DNA from: Nitrospirota bacterium
GTDB lineage: Bacteria > Nitrospirota > Nitrospiria > 2-01-FULL-66-17
Direction of reading: 5' to 3'
NCBI GenBank assembly: GCA_049325335.1
Contig: JBMOMC010000044.1
Span: forward strand, 157,704-221,703
Length of the DNA: 64,000 nt
In this document: one piece after another, positions 60,496 to 64,000 of the stretch
Layout: the number at the start of each line of letters is the position of its first letter
Numbering within the stretch: position 1 is the first letter of the stretch
Translations under genes and position numbers: made by a program
The notes under the pieces: model-generated
What the model was told of the DNA's origin: nothing
Seen by the model: only the letters and a program-made list of their open reading frames with translations
Databases searched by the model: none

Positions 60496-60789
60496 TCAGG
60501 CCGAGGTGTCACCCGCGGTGATCCGACGAACCTTAATACGGTTGGCGCTCTTCTTAGCCTCCGCAAGATCGTACTCCATCTGCAAACCCAGCCAGACTTC
60601 GGGGCTGCTGCCAAACGCCTTGGAAAGCCGGATGGACATTTCCGGAGAAATCCCCGCCTTGCCGTTCACAAGGTTGTTCAGCGTCTGGCGCGTGATGCCA
60701 AGACGCTCCGCTGCGTACTTAATCGTCAAGCCTAGCGGCTCGATGCACTCCTGCCGGACAATTCTTCCGGGATGCGGCGGGTTCTTCAT
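60496..60789 (-). CDS. higA: HigA-family antitoxin (XRE HTH)
   Basis: NPPHPG, AAERLGITRQTLNNLVNGKAGISPEM.IRL..AFG.SPE.WL.LQ..YDL. Confidence 0.94.
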   Translation of the reverse strand: MKNPPHPGRIVRQECIEPLGLTIKYAAERLGITRQTLNNLVNGKAGISPEMSIRLSKAFGSSPEVWLGLQMEYDLAEAKKSANRIKVRRITAGDTSA

Positions 60790-60807
60790 GGTCGTGGTCT
60801 CTCCTTC

Positions 60808-61087
60808 CTAATGGTAGTCGATCAAATCAACGTCGCACACGTGGCCCCCCTCAAATCGGAAGATCACGTGCCAATTCGCCCGGACCGTCACGCTCCACAA
60901 TCCTCGCAGGTCGCCCTTGAGAGGATGAAGCCGAAAACCCCGGAAGATTCATGTCGTCCGGCTTTCGGGCACGGTTGAGGACGGCGAGAATGTTTTCGAT
61001 CTTCTCGACGTGATCAGCGTACAGGCCCTTTGCTTCTCCGCTCTCAAAAAGCCGTTTCAGCCCCTTATGCCGGAAACGCCGAATCAC
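60808..61087 (-). pseudogene. higB: HigB (RelE/ParE) toxin with a +1 frameshift
   Basis: MIRRFRHKGLKRLF...MNLPGF; removing one base from the GGGGTTTT run restores RLHPLKGDLRGLWSVTVRANWHVIFRFEGGHVCDVDLIDYH*. Confidence 0.9.
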
Positions 61088-61375
61088 GGCAAGTGATTAA
61101 AATGACAAGAGACGATTGTCAATGGTCAACTTGCGGCCTGCCGGCTTCTGAAACACAAACAAGCGAGCAGCGTAGGCGGAGAAATTTGTTTCGGGAGAAA
61201 CATGTTCGCTATGCTGCATGAGAACCTACGAACTATTTGGTGGTCGGCTCAGGAACCTCCGTAGACGGACGAACCAGACAATAAGTCAATACTCCCGCCT
61301 GCCCCTACCTGTTTTCCGAATTTCTCCTCTTCGAACGCAAGCCATTCGCCTACGCTGACTGCCCCTTCTCTCTTG

Positions 61376-61503
61376 GGCAGAAGTTCCTCGGGCGTGAGTC
61401 GGCGCGTCACGGCGGTGGACGCGCAACTCACATGCGACCTGCGATGGCAGACGCGCGCGGCGAGCGTTCCGGATGTCAAAGTCCAGACGTGACCCCGGTG
61501 ATG
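61376..61503 (+). repeat. 128-bp direct repeat, copy 1 (possible Y1/RAYT transposase 3'-end remnant)
   Basis: Colinear and near-identical to 62262-62389; ends ...cagacgtgaccccggtgatg. Confidence 0.88.
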
Positions 61504-61557
61504 TTGTGTAACACAACGTCCCCAACGGATCTGACGCGCCTGATACCGACCGAGGCT

Positions 61558-61586
61558 TTCACTTCATGGTCCGTGCCTGGTATAAT
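61558..61586 (+). promoter_or_regulatory. Sigma-70 promoter for the nucleotidyltransferase gene
   Basis: TTCACT-N17-TATAAT with TG extension; perfect palindrome gttgtgt-a-acacaac upstream at 61503-61517. Confidence 0.6.
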
Positions 61587-61650
61587 GCGGCGTGGGTCGG
61601 CGAATACCCGCCTTCGATTGGGATCCGCCCGATTCCCGCAACGAGCCGAC

Positions 61651-62172
61651 ATGCAGGCCTTCACATTTTGGAAAACCGTCACGGTGGACGACGCGAACCT
61701 CCTCGATCACCTGATCACGCTCCTCAAGGAGCATCGCGTGCGTTTCTGTGTGATCGGCGGACAAGGCGTCAACGCGTACGTGGAGCCGCTGGTCAGTCTT
61801 GATCTCGATGTGGTCATCGCCGCGGAACAGATCGACGAGGTCGAAGCATTGCTGGCGCGCGAGTTTCGGATCGAACATTTCCCCCATTCGCTCAACATCT
61901 CGCGACCGGGCTCTGATCTCCGCGTCCAAATACAAAAGGACCCGCGTTATGCGGACTTTGTCCCGCGCGCAACCGCTCGCCGGGTCTTAGGCGTCACGCT
62001 GCCCGTTGCCACGGTGGAAGACCTCGTGCGCGGCAAAGTGTGGGCGGCTCAAGACCAGACCCGCCGCGCGAGCAAACGGCAGAAAGATCTCGCGGACATC
62101 GCCCGGCTCATCGAAGCCTATCCCGCCCTGCGCCCGCTGGTGCCTCCAGACATTCTCGCCCGGCTGGTGTAA
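61651..62172 (+). CDS. Nucleotidyltransferase-superfamily protein (AbiEii-like, orphan)
   Basis: FCVIGGQGVNAY...SLDLDVVI (GG plus DxD), LPVATVEDLV.GK, KRQKDLADI. Confidence 0.78.
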   Translation: MQAFTFWKTVTVDDANLLDHLITLLKEHRVRFCVIGGQGVNAYVEPLVSLDLDVVIAAEQIDEVEALLAREFRIEHFPHSLNISRPGSDLRVQIQKDPRYADFVPRATARRVLGVTLPVATVEDLVRGKVWAAQDQTRRASKRQKDLADIARLIEAYPALRPLVPPDILARLV

Positions 62173-62261
62173 ATAGCCCGCCCGGCTGGAGGTCGGTCCG
62201 TAGCAGGCCCGTCCCAGACGGAATCGACAGTCAACAAGTCAAGTCCCCAATAGTTCCGTTT

Positions 62262-62389
62262 GGCATAAGTTCGTCGGGCGTGAGTCGGCGCGTCACGGCG
62301 GTGGACGCGCAACTCACGTGCGACCTGCAATGGCAGACGCGCGCAGCGAATGTTCTGGATGTCAAAATCAAGACGTGACCCCAGTGATG
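62262..62389 (+). repeat. 128-bp direct repeat, copy 2
   Basis: Colinear with 61376-61503; translates GISSSGVSRRVTAVDAQLTCDLQWQTRAANVLDVKIKT* followed by CCCC. Confidence 0.88.
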
Positions 62390-62634
62390 CTTTACGTTCA
62401 CCGGGTGTGACGGAAAATAAGCGGGACAACAACGAGCGTGTTGATCGGGGGGCGATCAGCCGTTTCACGAAGACAGCCTTGTCAGACAGCGTTCTTGCTG
62501 GACGCGGAGGCCCCGACGCTCACGCGCGCGTAGTTGACGCTTGCGGAGGCGCGAATCAAGACGTGAACCAGGACATCGTCTCGATTTCTCTTCGGAAAGA
62601 CGCTACAATTTCATTCAGCCGAGCCGAATCCGCC

Positions 62635-62919
62635 ATGCCGACACGACCGACATATGTGTGGGACTACGATCTCGACGGAGACCGCTTCTCGGAACTGCTC
62701 TCGGGGCGCGCAACCGTCGGAGGACTCGATCGGGACTGGGCCACGGTCCGATTGCTGGAGTACGCTCCTTACCGCGAGATCATCCGCGTGCTGGGCTATC
62801 GTGAACTCGTTGCGCGATGGCCCCATGTGCGCGCACGGGTTCGCTCACCCGGCCGACGCCGCGGCTTCGACTTCTTGGTCGAGTGGTTGACCGCACATCA
62901 CCCCGACAAGCTCCTGTAA
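62635..62919 (+). CDS. Small putative antitoxin partner of the AbiEii toxin
   Basis: YVWDYD...WATVRLLEYA; stop directly adjacent to the next ATG. Confidence 0.7.
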   Translation: MPTRPTYVWDYDLDGDRFSELLSGRATVGGLDRDWATVRLLEYAPYREIIRVLGYRELVARWPHVRARVRSPGRRRGFDFLVEWLTAHHPDKLL

Positions 62920-63576
62920 ATGGATCAGACCTTCTACTTCGATGTCCTGTATCCGTTGCAGGATCGGGTCTTGACGGTCATCAATGCGATCGAAACCGGG
63001 TTCTATCTGACGGGCGGGACCGCGTCGTCGCGCGGCTATCTGCATCACCGGTTCTCGGACGATGTGGATCTCTTCGTGAATGATGATCCGCGATTCGCCC
63101 GATGGACCGACCGGGTTGTCCACGGACTGGCGGACGCCCCTGACTGGACCATCGACGTGATCCAACGAGACGCCCAGTTCGCTCGCCTGTCGCTCCAAAC
63201 ACCAGACGCCACCCTCAAAATCGAACTGGTCAATGATGTCCCGTCGCGAATCGGCGACATCCGCCCACATCCGGTCTTGGGCCGGATGGACAGCCCGGAG
63301 AACATCCTTGCCAACAAGGTCACGGCCGTGATTGATCGGCGCGAGCCCAAGGACTTGGCCGACATTTGGGGCTTCTGCAGCCTCATGGGATTGTCGCTCG
63401 ACCACGCGCTGACCGATGCGCACAGCAAAGCGGCCGGTCTGTTTCCGGCAGATCTGGCCCGCGTGTTGTGCGCCGCCACGCCGGCCGACTGGGCGGCGGT
63501 GCGCTGGATCACGTCACCAACGCCGGATGACTTCGTGCGGGAACTTCGACACCTTGGCGAGCGCTTGATTCTGTAA
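62920..63576 (+). CDS. Nucleotidyltransferase AbiEii/AbiGii toxin family protein
   Basis: FYLTGGTASSRGYLHHRFSDDVDLF, LKIELV, ILANKVTA, R.EPKDLADI. Confidence 0.9.
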   Translation: MDQTFYFDVLYPLQDRVLTVINAIETGFYLTGGTASSRGYLHHRFSDDVDLFVNDDPRFARWTDRVVHGLADAPDWTIDVIQRDAQFARLSLQTPDATLKIELVNDVPSRIGDIRPHPVLGRMDSPENILANKVTAVIDRREPKDLADIWGFCSLMGLSLDHALTDAHSKAAGLFPADLARVLCAATPADWAAVRWITSPTPDDFVRELRHLGERLIL

Positions 63577-63717
63577 TCCCCACGCCCCGAACCGCTTCTT
63601 CCGAGCCCCCGGCAAGAAACTCACCTGCTTAGCAGGGTGCTGAAAAACCCTCTTGAAGTCCTTCGACAAACTCAGGACAAACGGATGGGGCATTGAAAGT
63701 CCAGTAAAGGATCGAAA

Positions 63718-63801
63718 GGGGACGTTCTTAACTAATTAAGTAACTTCGCCATGATCGCCCTGGAGCGAATGATAGAAACTTAATTACTTAGGAACGTCCC
63801 C
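63718..63801. repeat. 24-bp inverted repeat element
   Basis: ggggacgttcttaactaattaagt ... acttaattacttaggaacgtcccc (22/24 complementary), 36-bp spacer. Confidence 0.75.
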
Positions 63802-63974
63802 TATCGGGTCCCAGCACCAATCTGACCCACAGGCTCAGGGGCCTCAAGTCTTGCCGATGTCTTGCGGCTCAGCCGAGATCGTCCTAAACTTAGTTGAGAT
63901 TGGAGTAGCGGCTCCTGATGTGGTGAAGTGGGTGTCGGCGAAGACATCCCCAACGCACACACAGGAGGAGCCGC

Positions 63975-64000
63975 ATGAAACGGACAGTAGCGAAGTCGGG
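63975..64000 (+). CDS. Start of a gene truncated by the window end (possibly a transposase)
   Basis: AGGAGG RBS then ATGAAACGGACAGTAGCG; RBS can pair with upstream gcggctcct. Confidence 0.35.

Noticed and set aside
61249..61525. Short minus-strand ORFs across repeat copy 1
   Set aside because: They derive from the repeat sequence, lack an RBS and have no recognisable family
61376..62389. Direct repeats as a CRISPR array
   Set aside because: Only two 128-bp copies around a whole gene; no short repeat-spacer periodicity and no cas genes in the window

Overview
GC-rich bacterial chromosome segment from a diderm organism (LptD, Omp85, TonB present). Gene content and order resemble Nitrospirota/deltaproteobacteria-like genomes, but this is an impression, not a computed assignment. 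Most of the window is housekeeping and envelope genes: hrpB, acs, an in-frame rpiB-glyA fusion, nrdR, xerD, apt, two sigma-70 factors, tRNA-Pro(CGG), ald, an MFS-Aas fusion, a DEAD-box helicase, metK-ahcY, ispD-ispF-cysE, degP, lptD, folC, accD, glgP and fbaB, plus three two-component systems. Accessory structure read directly from the DNA: (1) a lower-GC integron-type cassette (attI-like site, ABM gene, attC) with no integrase beside it at ~2.5-3.1 kb; (2) a toxin-antitoxin/nucleotidyltransferase cluster at 60.3-64 kb with a vapC remnant, frameshifted higB, intact higA, an orphan nucleotidyltransferase bracketed by 128-bp direct repeats resembling Y1/RAYT transposase 3' ends, and an AbiE-like pair; (3) two copies of a ~180-bp structured element, each abutting a CTAG that contains a TAG stop, with compensatory changes in the terminal stem; (4) several small intergenic palindrome families. 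Protein-level oddities include a soluble Rossmann-fold-input histidine kinase, a metallopeptidase-propeller-Omp85 protein, a CFI-box-CTERM/beta-barrel pair, a polysaccharide deacetylase lacking its metal-binding histidines, and a MinD-like ATPase paired with an HPD-less J-domain/HTH protein. All calls come from motif recognition by eye; no database searches were run.
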